Below are positions 1 through 11,547 of a stretch of DNA of 64,000 nucleotides, in pieces. The first letter of the stretch is position 1. Every line of letters starts with the position of its first letter. This DNA comes from Strigamia acuminata (lineage: Eukaryota). The stretch lies in assembly GCA_949358305.1 (NCBI GenBank), contig OX442314.1:14136001-14200000 (forward strand), in the 5' to 3' direction. The notes beneath the pieces were generated by a model. The model had not been told where the DNA came from. It saw only the letters and a list, made by a program, of their open reading frames with translations, and ran no database searches. The position numbers were made by a program, and so were the translations under genes.

Positions 1-479
1 GTTATAACAAGTAAACCAAAAAAACTACGTTTTTGAAAAAGGCTTTTATGCTGTATCCCTGAGAAATTTGAATCCAAATGACAAATCGTTTTTTAGCAAA
101 TAAAAAAAAAATGTAGCTTAGATCAAAAAGTTATTAGCACCATTTGAAAGAGCGGCAAATTCTGCACAGGAAACATATTTTTAATTTTTTAAACCGTTCA
201 TTTTTCATATTTTTTGTTTTTATGGTCAAATTCAAATTTCGTACTAAATTGACCATGCGGTCGCCGGCTACGATCGCCAAATTCGTACTTTTTTTTTACC
301 GAATCGAAAAAAAAAATACAGGCTTGTGCAGAATGCAATTTCCAATCAAATGAGCGTGGTTTCAGGATTTTTAAATCCTTTTTTAGTGCCGAAAACATCA
401 AAATTCGTATCGGGCGAACATTATGGCATCCATTAAAAAACACGGGTTCCGCCAGGTGGCGCCCCGGTGTGCTCACAGT

Positions 480-740
480 GGCGAGGAGGAATATTTTCGA
501 CCCGGATTCTTTGCGACCGGGATTCTTTTCGACTCGAGGTAAAGTGCGCTTTTTTTCGACTGGGATTATTTTCGACCAGGAAAATTTTCGACCAGGAAAA
601 TTTTCGACTAGGAATTTTTTCGACTCAAACAGGATAATTTTCGACCAGGAAAATTTTCGACCAGGATTCATCTCGACCAGGATTTTTTTCGACCGGACAT
701 TTTTCGACTTCACCAATGGTTGGGGGTTTATATACCCCAA
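480..740 (+). repeat. Array of degenerate ~15-20 bp TTTTCGACCAGGA units; possible arm of a foldback/Mutator-like element
   Basis: Many tandem TTCGAC(C/T) units. The outer end GGCGAGGAGGAATATTTTCGAC resembles the reverse complement of 8226-8247. Confidence 0.7.
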
Positions 741-967
741 ATAATGTCACGCATTATATAACTGACGATGTCAGTATACAATACGTGACAATGACACGTA
801 TTGCATACATGACAGGAGTAATGTGTATTGTTCAATCCAACACTATATTTTTTAATGGAAATTGCTGGAATTGTGTTTCTTGAATAAGCATTTTTTAGAA
901 GCAAATAATCTACTTTTGCAGCCTTCTTTATAGCATTTACTCACTAAAAGTTTATTTCTAATTGCAG

Positions 968-1153
968 ATTGTATTGTGCAATCCGATCTGTTTAATCGGT
1001 TACACTATCGCATCATGGAATTTCTTTAACGAGCGGATACACGAAGAAGAATTCATTCTTTTAAATTTTTTTGGTCAAGATTACGTGAAATATCAGAAGA
1101 ACGTGCCTACTGGATTATCTTTTATATCGGGATTCAGGGTAGAGTACCAATAA
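968..1153 (+). CDS. ICMT: Last coding exon of isoprenylcysteine carboxyl methyltransferase (upstream exons not seen in window)
   Basis: Acceptor TTGCAG at 962-967. Translation IVLCNPICLIGYTIASWNFFNERIHEEEFILLNFFGQDYVKYQKNVPTG matches the ICMT C-terminus (RIxxEE, FG..Y..Y...VPTG). AATAAA follows. Confidence 0.85.
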   Translation: MVLCNPICLIGYTIASWNFFNERIHEEEFILLNFFGQDYVKYQKNVPTGLSFISGFRVEYQ

Positions 1154-1663
1154 GCGGACAAAAATCTTTATTTTCAATTCAATTTTTTTTTTTAATAAAC
1201 AAACAAATAAATAAAAACTGTGTAAATTAATTTCAAACTTTAATTTCATCATTGGAGTCGCAAACAAGCAGAATCAAACCTATTTTTCTACTTTTTCTTT
1301 CGACAAATGAAAAAACATCGGATTCGATTAAATTCGTGTGAAAATGCTTTTATTTCTCATTATTATAAAATTAAACTACTGTAAAATATTCTAAAAACAG
1401 TGCTGCCACAAGGCAGATGTAATTTACAAAATAATGTACAAAAATATTTTTTTTCCATTGACATTTACATTTTTCTAAATAAATAAAGAGCACCACTAAT
1501 AATAAAATTAAAAATGTTCTATAGCTGCTAAATAAACTAAGTTTGTTTAGATCGACAATATCAAAAATATAATGTGTTGTTTTTTCTTTTTGATATTGCT
1601 AATAAACGTTGTGATACGATGCTGTGAATATTACAGGATAATACTTGTTTTTGTTTTTTTTAT

Positions 1664-1740
1664 ACGGATGGGATTCGTAGGATTCGGATAGATTCTGGGG
1701 ATTCGGATGGGATTCGGAGGGGATTCGATGGGACTTGGAA
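1664..1740 (+). repeat. Short GGATTCGGAT/GGGATTC tandem repeat
   Basis: Visible ~13 bp degenerate repeat units. Confidence 0.6.
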
Positions 1741-3003
1741 AGATGCATATTATCATCACATCATTATCTTTAAAACTGAATAATAAATATGAAATTTACC
1801 GGCAGTTTTGATCAAGTTATGTAATAAAACACTCCAAAATTCAGAAAATAACACGAAAGCAAAACCTAATTCCAGCCAATAGTAAACAATATTAAAAATA
1901 CAAAAAATAAACCAAAGATATTGCTAAATTTTAATAACTGTTATGCTGGGGCATCACGTTGAAATAAAGGAGAGGTTTTTAAAGTGGAAAACAAAACACA
2001 CGTCTTTACTCGTGGGTAAAATACAAGCAAGTGAGGAGTAATACAAAATTGTCATGGTAACGCTTTTACAACAATGTAACAGTATGATATAGCAATAACA
2101 CGTTCTTCAACAATGAACTCAACATTACATTAACATAACTTAACAATAACCAAAGTTAAAAAATTAAATTAAAAGCGAGGGGCGCAGGTGGGTGCAGGTC
2201 AAGCGCGCACGTGAGCGCGCAGGTCAAGGCGAGTGAAAAATTCGACGGAAAATTTGAGGGAAAATTCAATTACCGAGTCATTTAGACTTGTCAATTATTC
2301 CAGTTTTGGAAAACAAAATTATTATATTGTCTCTTGAATTAGTGACTTTTTTGATTTCTATTCAAAATTCAAATTTTAAAAGAAAAAAATATTTCCAGAA
2401 AATTAAAATTAAATTAAATTAAAATTAAATTAAATTTAATTAATTTAAATCCCACGAAATGCATGTTTGAAACAGAAACTTGATAAAGTTTACCACCAAA
2501 AACTTTTTCAACAACTTCCATAAAATGAAAATAAAACAACAAATGAAACAGGTGTAAATCAGCTGAATGAAGACCTCTTTATCAGGTCACATCAAGGCCT
2601 GGGTTATTATGAGGAAGTGAGAAGCCTTGGAATCAAACATCATGACATATTCATGGCAGTGCATTTAACCAAAAAATCATTTATCAAACATACCGGTAAT
2701 GTGGAATTAAACTTTTAAGAAAAAAAAAATCTTTTTATAATTTGTCTCATCACCTTTATGCCACAGGAAAAAAGCTAATTTCATGGTTATGTAAAGCGAG
2801 GAACGTCGTATCTTTCTTTCTTTCTCTCTTTCTTTTATATTTTCCATTTATTTTTCTTGCATTTCCCTTCAAACACCTGTCGGGTTGACTTTGCCTAAAG
2901 GAGACTGGTGTCTCTTTACTGAATATTGGAGGAGGAACACCTGCTGCCATTTATATCACACCTCTCAAGGGTAAAGACACTTCCGGCCCCTCTTCACACA
3001 GGT

Positions 3004-3016
3004 CACACACACACAC

Positions 3017-3066
<50 letters not shown>
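3004..3066 (+). repeat. (CA)n microsatellite
   Basis: About 30 CA units with a short interruption. Confidence 0.95.
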
Positions 3067-3068
<2 letters not shown>

Positions 3069-3547
3069 TAAACTCTCCGACTTGCGCCACAAATTGAATT
3101 GTCAAAGTTTCATGTTTCATATTAATTTTTTTGAAGAATATTCGTCCTAGGAGTCATAAATTTCTGTGATTTTATTAGATTCACACAGGTGCAAACATTT
3201 CCCCCACCATTCCGCATAATTTCCTATAATAGAATTTCCAAATTGGTTTCTAACAAAAAAAAAACTTCTAAACGTCATTTTTATTTGATTTATATTTATG
3301 TATTGGAGCATTTTACGCTAATCTGTTTGGCATTAAAAATTAAAAACGAATTAAAACACCGATAGTTTATTTGCTTCCATTTTGACCACCAAAGTGAATC
3401 TCATTTCATGCTCAATAAATTATGCATGGTTTCTTTTTTTAAACCAATATAAAATAGAATGGTAAAATACTGTTAAAATTTAGCGAAGAATTATCCATCG
3501 CTCCGTTGCTTAGCGACCACGTGTTTCGCAGCGAAGTCGCCCATCGG

Positions 3548-3638
3548 AATAATTTGACGCGCTATCTTTGAAATTGTTGGAAAACATGCGAAAAAACATT
3601 GTTTTCCAACAATTTCAAAGACAGCGCGTCAAATTATT
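3548..3638. repeat. 39-bp inverted repeat (hairpin) with 13-nt loop
   Basis: AATAATTTGACGCGCTATCTTTGAAATTGTTGGAAAACA (3548-3586) pairs with 3600-3638 with a single mismatch. Confidence 0.9.
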
Positions 3639-4501
3639 GTTTTCAAAACAATATCACCTTCGTTAAAATCTGATTATTTGATGAAATAAGACTTATTTTA
3701 CTTGCAAAAACTTATACATTAATTTATTGCCGTTTGTATTTGCCGTTATACAGAAGAAAATAACTGCACCAGAGCGAATAAATATTACATGTTTTTTTTA
3801 AGTACGGATCGACTTCCATTTAGCCACAAAATGCATTAAAGTTTTCGATCCAAAGTGCTCCGACTTACTAATTCTTGCAATTCCTCGCAAAAAACTTTAT
3901 TTTATTTTAATTAAACTAGAATTAGCTATTTCACCGTGTCGCCATCTATCGCCAGAATAAAAAGCTCAAAAACGAGCTCGAAATTCAAATTTAGTAAACT
4001 ATAATTTACTACAAACGGTTATAAAACAACGAGGAAAAATATTATGCTCTCTCCTGAGACTAAATTGGGCTAAATATTGCATGGTTTTATTCATTTGATT
4101 TAATTTAATTGTCGTCTGCACCGACGATTTTTCAATTTGCCCCTGACCTCTCCATTTTGCACTTGCATTTTTGCTAATTTCAAACATTTTTTTCCTCTGA
4201 TTGAGCCACAAAAGTAAATGTCATTCCTTGTAAGAACACACAACTTGAGTTTGATGTGTTTTTTGAGTTGTGCAATGCACCCAAGCCTTTCTGTGCCCCC
4301 TAAGTTTTGTGTTTTCTTCACTGAAAAACAAAGGGGTGAAAAATGGGTCAAAGTCACTGGCTAAATGTAGGGTGAGTGACCGAGTGACGCGATAAGAATT
4401 GGAGAGGAGTGCCAATCACGTGCCAAACCTTGGACCAAGGCCAAACATCATAAGTGAGAGAGCGACATTGCTAAAACCCGTGTACCTGTGTAAAATTGAC
4501 A

Positions 4502-6221
4502 ATGGCTTCACAAGATATGGATCCTGATGTTGCAAAGACTTTATTTCGCGAAGGTGTGACATTAATATTTTTAGATGTACCACCAAAAACTGAATTTGGA
4601 ATAGATCACAATACTTAGAATGTGGAAACCGATATCAAAGGTGTCAAGATGATTCCTCTGGGCATTCATTTTGTATATTACAGGTAATTTCGAAGTTAAA
4701 AATTTGGATTTGGATTTTGCAATGACTAATGACCACAATTTATTTTCTTTATTTCAGTGCAGTTAGTCGGGACAACCAAATGGCACCCAGAACTGGATTT
4801 TTTCATTAATTCAATAAAGGAGAAATAGTTGTTACAAAATGGGATAAATATCTCGAAGGTTATTTTAACCTTCCCATAGCCATGGTAGGTCAAAAAAATT
4901 ACAGAAGTGCAAAAATCACTGTAATTCTTTTTTTCCTGAAAATTAATTAATGAGGTTAACTTTTATTCCTCAAAAACATTTTTTTCTTATTTTATAATGT
5001 CTAAATACAAATAGTTTTTCAATAATTAATAAGATAATTTAATATTTATAATATAAAACACCCTTAATGGGAGCGCCGTACACCACTTTGCCATCTGTTT
5101 GCACTAGGTGGCGTATTAAAATTAGTCCTAAAACATGTGCTTTTACCAGGAAAAATGCGATTGCACCAGGAAAAATGTGATTGTGCACATGTGCAGAAGG
5201 ATTTTTAAAAGAAGGCAGAAATGACCGACCTTAGCTAGCAATGGTGGAAACTAGGCTTGGCTATGGGAAGGTTAATTAACGTTTAAATTGGTCTGTAACC
5301 TGAATTGTGTATCGTTCAATATAGATATCAAAGATGAAGTCACTTCAGATGAAGAAATAGACAGGCTTAAAGAGAATTTAAGGGAGCTTGACAAACATTT
5401 AGGCGCTTATCCATACGACAACTGGAAAAAATGGATTTTCCAGACCTACTACATGACTGGTAAGGAAAAAAATTTCGTATTTTGTAAAATATTTTATACA
5501 AAACTTATTCTCTTAGACACAGTTTTAGAACGGGTGCAGCCATTAAACAAAAAAATTTCGTCAGTTTCCCATTTAATAACTGATGAGAGTGAATCGTCAA
5601 CAAGAACAAATAAGAGACCAAAACTAGATGATTTTCTTCCGAAAATGTGTCAAAAACCCGGAACGGAAATTCGTTTTTCCAAATTTCCTGAAAAAAGTAA
5701 GAAGAAAAAAAAGACAATTTTGATTTTAAAAAAGTAACTTAAATGTTTTGTGAAATCACAAAACAGTTTAGATTTGACCTATACTTTAGATCAAATGCTC
5801 AAATCGTATACAGATCCTGAAGACATTCTCGGAGAACTTCAAATGGCTTTTATTTGTTTTATTTTAGGACAGGTGTACGACGCATTTGAAGAATGGAAAC
5901 ATTTAATCCACTTGCTGTGCTCGTGCGACAATGCTCTTACGAAATACGCAGATTTATATTCAAAATTCATTTTTGTACTTCATCACCAACTTCAGGAAAT
6001 TCCTCGCGATTTCTTTGTAGATATTGTCAGTCGTGAAAACTTCCTCGTCAACACATTGCATTCTTTCTTCTCCAATTTGAACGGGAACCAACAAGTACCG
6101 CACGAAATTGTAGAAAAGGGTAGAAGGTTTAAAAAAATATTTAACGAAAACATTCAAGTGGGATTTTGATAGGGAAGATGATGATGAAGCGCCTGTTGTT
6201 GTTGAAACTGAAGAAATGTGA
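4502..6221 (+). pseudogene. AAR2: AAR2 (U5 snRNP assembly factor) unprocessed pseudogene
   Basis: Exons 4502-4683, 4758-4858, 5325-5459, 5517-5697 and ~5752-6221 translate MASQDMDPDVAKTLFREG..TEFGIDHNT*..KGVKMIPLGIHFVYYS..APRTGFFH*..LGAYPY..ELQMAFICFILGQVYDAFEEWK..EIPRDFFVDI..APVVVE. Lesions: in-frame TAG 4616-4618 at a conserved Trp, TAA 4807-4809, a deletion/frameshift near 5750-5765, and a +1 shift in an A-run near 6131-6137. Confidence 0.9.
4869..5271. mobile_element. piggyBac-type MITE in AAR2 intron 2
   Basis: 14-bp TIR CCTTCCCATAGCCA/TGGCTATGGGAAGG, flanked by TTAA at 4865-4868 and 5272-5275. Confidence 0.85.
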
Positions 6222-6417
6222 TTCGTGTGAATAAATAAAAATATTTGGTCAAAGTAATTTTTTTTGGAATTTTTTATTTATTAATAAAAATGATGACATT
6301 GCAATTCGATTGACGAGTTTCAAAATTATCAACATCCGAAGTTAAACTCTAAACCTTCAAAGAAATTTCATTAAAAATCATGCTAATTAGACATTTTCTT
6401 TAATTATTTCACTTTAT

Positions 6418-7448
6418 TTACAACATCGTCTGCAATTTAACCCGTAGTTTTTCTACTTTTGTCTGCTGCAATCAATGAATTCGATGGATCCTAATTAATC
6501 CTGAATTTTCACCCGAAGCCACTAATAAATGCGATCCGAAGTTTGGACTCCAAGCCACCTGAAATTAGGATTAAAATTAGATTAAAATTAGATTAAAATA
6601 ATATTAATTTTTAATCTCCACTCACTTTATTAATGGATGCAATTTCAAACGAACGAAGATCAGATGAGGTCATTGTATTTGCGTGAGTTAATCGCGTAAT
6701 TTCGTCCTGGGGTATTAAATTATTTGATATCTAATAAAAAATACAATTAAAATGCATGAAATCGCTAAGAAGTAATAGAATACTCGAGAGGTAACAGAAG
6801 TAAATAAACTAAAGTACCATAAAATATTCATTTACTTCCACCAATTCAATAAAACGAGTCTCTAGATTTTTACCGGTACGTTATCCATAAAAACTATTCC
6901 GTAATCCGTGACCGCGTCTCTTTATAAGACTCAGATGTCTTCTCTGGCGTTCGTTTGGCTGGATCGCAAGAATCGGCCGTCGATTGATCACTTCGAACAT
7001 CTTGAGCTGAATTATCTGCTGAATTTTTCGACGAATTTGTCTCTATTTTGTCACCCAGATCGGACTCTAGCGTCTTTAGATTGCAAACATTTGTTCTATA
7101 AATTGGCTGCAATTAAAAAAAATATACATTTTAATTTCAATCAATATTAACTAGAAATATATTCCTTACGAATCGTTTTCTCGATATCCTTTTCTAATTA
7201 CCAACGCCGTGCAGAAGTTGGGTCAAAACTGTGCCCACTACTTCACCATTCGAATCGCAAGTAGCCGTACAATTTAGCCAATCATTAACGGACACTTGCT
7301 ACAAAGAAAAAATGTAAACATAAATTTCAATAATAATTTAACAAGTAAGGATAAAATTACCCAAATGGAGCAGTTATGTGCTGCTATACATCACGAGCCA
7401 TTACCGAAATAGCCCTTCTCCACAAACCTTAGATTCGTTCGCCATAAA
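6418..7448 (-). pseudogene. GTF3C2: 3' fragment of a TFIIIC subunit 2 (GTF3C2-like WD40) gene, decayed
   Basis: Five minus-strand exons (7448-7361, 7298-7170, 7106-~6879, ~6730-6626, ~6558-6418) read EKGYFGNGS*CIAAHNCSIW|QVSVNDWLNCTATCDSNGEVVGTVL..*KRISRKRF|PIYRTN..|..EIASINK|VAWSPNFGSHLLVASGENSGLIRIH. This parallels the GTF3C2 C-terminus as I recall it (SDWLG..AGD.SGE, RRFPIYK, HKVRFSPN..SGGQSGLVRIH). Stops at 7391-7393 and 7194-7196; frameshift near 6915. Confidence 0.75.
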
Positions 7449-7546
7449 CTAAAAACAAAATTTTGGTTCAAATATGTACCGATGAAAGAAAATATAAAAA
7501 TGAATAAATTTGACACGTTACAAGTCCATTTATAAAAGTAAACTAC

Positions 7547-8247
7547 CTAAATTTCGACCAAGTCGAAAGGAATCCTGGTCGAAGTGAATCCCGGTCGAGA
7601 TAAATCCTGGTCGCAAAGAATCCTAGTCGATAAAATTCCAGGTCGCAATCCAACCGGTCGAAAAGAATCCTGGTCGCAAACAATCCTGATCGGAAATAGA
7701 CCTGTGCGCCGAGCGCAATTTTTCGGCGGCGGCTTGATTCGGCTGGTCGCCACGAGGTGGCGGCGGCTCGAACCCGGCTCGTTCGCAGGGGTCGGCGGCT
7801 GGCGGCTCAGCCGATCCAATACGGTATCGGCGGCGGCTAGCCGGCTGATCGGCTAAACCGAAATTTTCGGTGTAAAATCAACAAAAAAACCAAAAAACTC
7901 CCCAAAAAAAAAATTAAAAAAAATTAACAAGAAAAAAATAAAAACTTGCGATAAAATCATCTGAAAAAAAAAAAAAAAAAAAAAAAAAAATTCAGCCGTT
8001 CGACGCCGGCAAATCAGCAGCGGCGGCGGCTTGTAATTAGTTGTAAATTGTCGCCACACGGCGGCGGCGGCTGGGGTCCAGCCGACCAGCCGCCGAGCCG
8101 AGTCAGCTCAGCCGACTCGGCGCACAGGCCTAATCGGAAACAATCCTGGTCGCAAACAATCCGGTCGAGAAAAATCCGGTCGCAAAAAATCCGGTCGAAA
8201 AAAAACGCGGTCGAAAGGAATCCGAGTCGAAAATATTCTACCCTGCC
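7547..8247 (-). repeat. Inverted copy of the GGTCGAAA repeat array seen at 480-740, interrupted by a hAT MITE
   Basis: Tandem TCCTGGTCG(A/C)AA units. It ends GTCGAAAATATTCTACCCTGCC, reverse-complement-similar to 480-501. Confidence 0.7.
7697..8132. mobile_element. hAT-type MITE nested in the repeat array
   Basis: 17-bp TIR TAG(A/G)CCTGTGCGCCGAG. Perfect 8-bp TSD ATCGGAAA at 7689-7696 and 8133-8140. Confidence 0.9.
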
Positions 8248-8957
8248 CTTACAGTTTGCCGTAAATCAGAGTTGTCAGCATTGGTATTTCCAGTCCACAG
8301 CTCTGAAAAATGAGTCTTTTTTTTATTTATTTTTTTCATAATGTGTGGAATGACCTGTTCTAGGGCGCTACGAAGCCCAACTTTTAATTTTTTGTTACGC
8401 TGAATTGATTTTTGGAAAAAACACCCAAAATTAGACAAACCGGAAGTTGAAACAGACAGACAAACATTCAAGGTAAGTTAAATAAAAGCCTTTAAAAAAG
8501 GCGTACAGCCTTTTAGGTTTGATTTAATGAAATAACTTGTTTTTATCTTAAGAATAAAACTTTTCTCGCTCCCAAATAGGCAAGCAACAGGAAGACATTC
8601 CGATTATTTTAGCCGATGTGAGCGATGCGGCGATGCCAGTTCTCTCGGCGGAATATGCAACAGAGCGATAATTCTCCTCAACTGCGCCGGACCCGTAAGT
8701 GTGAATCAAATACTTCTATAATGCGAATTTTGATATTGCATTTTTGCGACAGTATCGATTTTTTGACGAATCTATTGTGAAGGCATGCGTTGAAAACAAA
8801 ACTCATCATATTGACATCAGCGGTGAGCCCCAAGTAAATATTTTTAATTTTTATATATTTTTGTGGATAAAATTTCTAATGTTTTGCTTCTAGTTCTTAG
8901 AGAGAATACAGTTAGAGTATCACCAGCTCGCCAAAGATGCAGGTGTATATATATATA

Positions 8958-10201
8958 CAGGGTGGAAGAAAAGTCTGTTCCCCTCAAATATTTCCTCAGC
9001 AATTGCATCTAGGCCAACTTTGATGAAGCGATCATATAGGAAGTTGGGTGAGAGCAATCCAATGATGTCATCAAATTTGACTTTGAAGGCCATTTTCAAG
9101 GTTATTCACTTGCTAACTTCTAAACGAATCAGGTTAAAGCAAAAAAGTCAATTACAAAGTTGTAGAGCACCATCAAATTAGTACTATCCAACTTATCTTA
9201 GTCATCTTAAGTTAAATGTTTTCTTTTTAAAAAGGAGACAAATCAGAAAAAAAATTAGCAAAGGGAAATTTTTTAATCCTCGGAGGCATAAGGATAAAAT
9301 GTGCCGTTCTGGTTAAGCCATTACGGATTTATGGACAATTTTTAAGTCAATTGGTTAAAGGGCCATTTAGTTTGTTTTTAGTTCGGAACTAATTTTATTG
9401 AGGACGAATGTCTAAACAATAAAAATAAATAGATTTGAGCCATCTGGAGGTGGTTTTAATCATTACTGGTAAATGCGAAAAGCTGTTCACTGAAGCGCTG
9501 TTTACAAATGCAGCAAAGCCAGCTTAAAAGTTATGCTGGAGTTTTAAGGGGCAGAAAATTTCCAAGTTGAATATTTAATTAAATAAATGATGAATCATTA
9601 CAAATTTCACCTGAGATTTACTTTATTATCAGATAAACAGTCACAAATTTTCAGCAAAAAAAATTCATATGAAAAAAAAATTTTCCATTTAAGAAAAAGC
9701 TTGTCCATAAATCCGTATAGCCAAGGGTTAATCTTGTGATAAAATAATTATTGAGGCATTAAAAAAAGCAGTGGTTTTTTTTGTTTACTTGCATAATGAT
9801 GCACATTTGAATACGTTTATTTAAGTAATTCAGTATTTTTGTGATAGAAATTTAAGTTTTGTCACAATGGCTGGCTTTATTTCAGCTGATTTGTCTCCCT
9901 TTTAAAAGAAAACATTTAACCTTGGACGGTGTTTGTCCAAGATTTAACTTAAGATGACTAAGATAAGGTGGACAGTACTAATTTGATGGTGCTCTACAAC
10001 TTTGTAATTGAATTTTTTGCTCTAACCTGATTGGTTTAGAAGTTAGCAACTGAATAACCTTGCAAATGGCCTTCAAGGTCAAATTTGATGACATCATTGG
10101 ATTGCTCTCACCCAACTTCCTATAGGATCGCTTCATCAAAGTTGGCCTGGATGCAATTGCTGAGGAAATATTTGAGGGGAACAGACTTTTCTTCCACCCT
10201 G
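8958..10201. mobile_element. Non-autonomous Tc1/mariner-type element with ~290-bp TIRs
   Basis: Begins CAGGGTGGAAGAAAAGTCTG and ends CAGACTTTTCTTCCACCCTG, with TA on both sides. Arms ~8958-9250 and ~9885-10201 are near-identical inverted copies. No transposase ORF. Confidence 0.9.
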
Positions 10202-10248
10202 TATATAATTGGTTCCTGTGGCTTCGATAGCATTCCTTGTGAAATGGG

Positions 10249-10435
10249 CAGTGGCGGATCTAGCACCCGGCTATCGGGGTTTGAGCCCCGGGCCCCCAAA
10301 TTCTAGGGGGCCCCCGAGACTCTGGGCCACGTACTTAAAAAAAAAAAAAAAAAGAAAGGTCGCGAAAAAATTTTGAGAAAGGGGCCCCGAAAAAACCTCA
10401 AGCCCCGGGCCCCCGAAAAGCTAGATCCGCCCCTG
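10249..10435. mobile_element. 187-bp hAT-type MITE
   Basis: TIR CAG(T/G)GGCGGATCTAGC. Perfect 8-bp TSD GAAATGGG at 10241-10248 and 10436-10443. Confidence 0.92.
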
Positions 10436-11547
10436 GAAATGGGTATTCAATACCTTCGCCAGAAATTTCCAGGTTTGGACAATTTTTATGCTTAAAAATT
10501 CGAGTTAATATTATTTTTTACATTTACCAAGGGTGGTCCGACCAAACAAGACGTAATTAAACTACAAAAACACTATACGAGTGAATAAGTCGTTTAAATC
10601 AGTGCAAATGACCTCTTTTGTATTTTAAATTTGTTTTACACTCGTTTAAATGACTGATAATATACCGAGTATATTTATTTTTGTTTTTCTAATCGTAATT
10701 TACTTTTAGATCAAAGAAGCGTCGTTTACATCTACTATTATTGGAACTGGTTATGAAGATAAATTAGATAACCCAACTGATGATCATGCAACTCCCCTGA
10801 ATGCTAAACTTGTTGTGAAAGTTAAAGGACCCGGTGATAAAAATTAAATTAGAAAATTAGACGTATGTGGAAAAACTTACTTAATGTCTAAATTTGGAAG
10901 CTGGATTAGTGACTACACCAATCTGCATGATTCAAGCTGGAATGGTTTTGTTGGATTCGATGGATAACCTGCCAAGAAAGTAAGTGCAGAAATATAATTT
11001 ATTTTTACGATTTCAACTTCATTTCTTTTTTTCTCTTGTCCTTTCCTTCAGGGGTGGTGTTTATATGCCAGGTAGTGCGTTTGTTAATACCACAATTATT
11101 AATAGATTATCTGCAAATGGTTTGGATTTCGTTTGTGGAAATCATCTCAAGTTAGACGGAGCAAAATGATACAATAATTTATTTATTTAATCCGCTAAAT
11201 GTGCACGTTTATTCTTATACAAAAGCTTTACGGTTTCTAAAACTTCGCTATACGACGCTTTTCTAATTGTAAACGACAAAATTAAATCAAAATTTGTTAA
11301 CAAATTCTATATTTATGTATGCAAGAAATTATAAAATTTACTAAAACGTGAATTTTTATTTTTATTTTTGAATATTACAAGAATAAACAGCTTGATCAAT
11401 AACCGCATTTAATTTAATTATAGTCACACAGGCGTAACAACCAACCACTACCCCTGTCCTGCGGGGGCCCACAGCTGAAAGAAAAAAAACAAGAAACAAT
11501 TTGATTCGTTGTTACGCCGAATGAACAACACAAGAAACAGATTTAAT

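Larger units (their letters stand above)
8580..11169 (+). pseudogene. SCCPDH: Saccharopine dehydrogenase-like oxidoreductase pseudogene, partial and TE-disrupted
   Basis: Exons read IPIILADVSD..LLNCAGP|YRFFDESIVKACVENKTHHIDISGEPQ|FLERIQLEYHQLAKDAGVY[TE]IIGSCGFDSIPCEMG[TE]IQYLRQKFP..GGPTKQ|IKEASF..KVKGP|..TTPICMIQAG..|GGVYMPGSAF. Two TEs sit inside one exon, an 8-nt duplication frameshifts near 8622-8636, and the N-terminal and central exons are absent. Confidence 0.85.

Noticed and set aside
198..744. 180-aa and 91-aa ORFs with repeated peptides
   Set aside because: Translations of the TTTTCGACC repeat array; no protein family signal.
4616..4809. Stop-codon readthrough or a variant genetic code in AAR2
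   Set aside because: Frameshifts and a deletion accompany the stops, and TAA/TAG/TGA terminate intact genes normally in this window.
7547..8341. Several 68-97 aa ORFs
   Set aside because: They arise from the repeat array and the GC-rich MITE.
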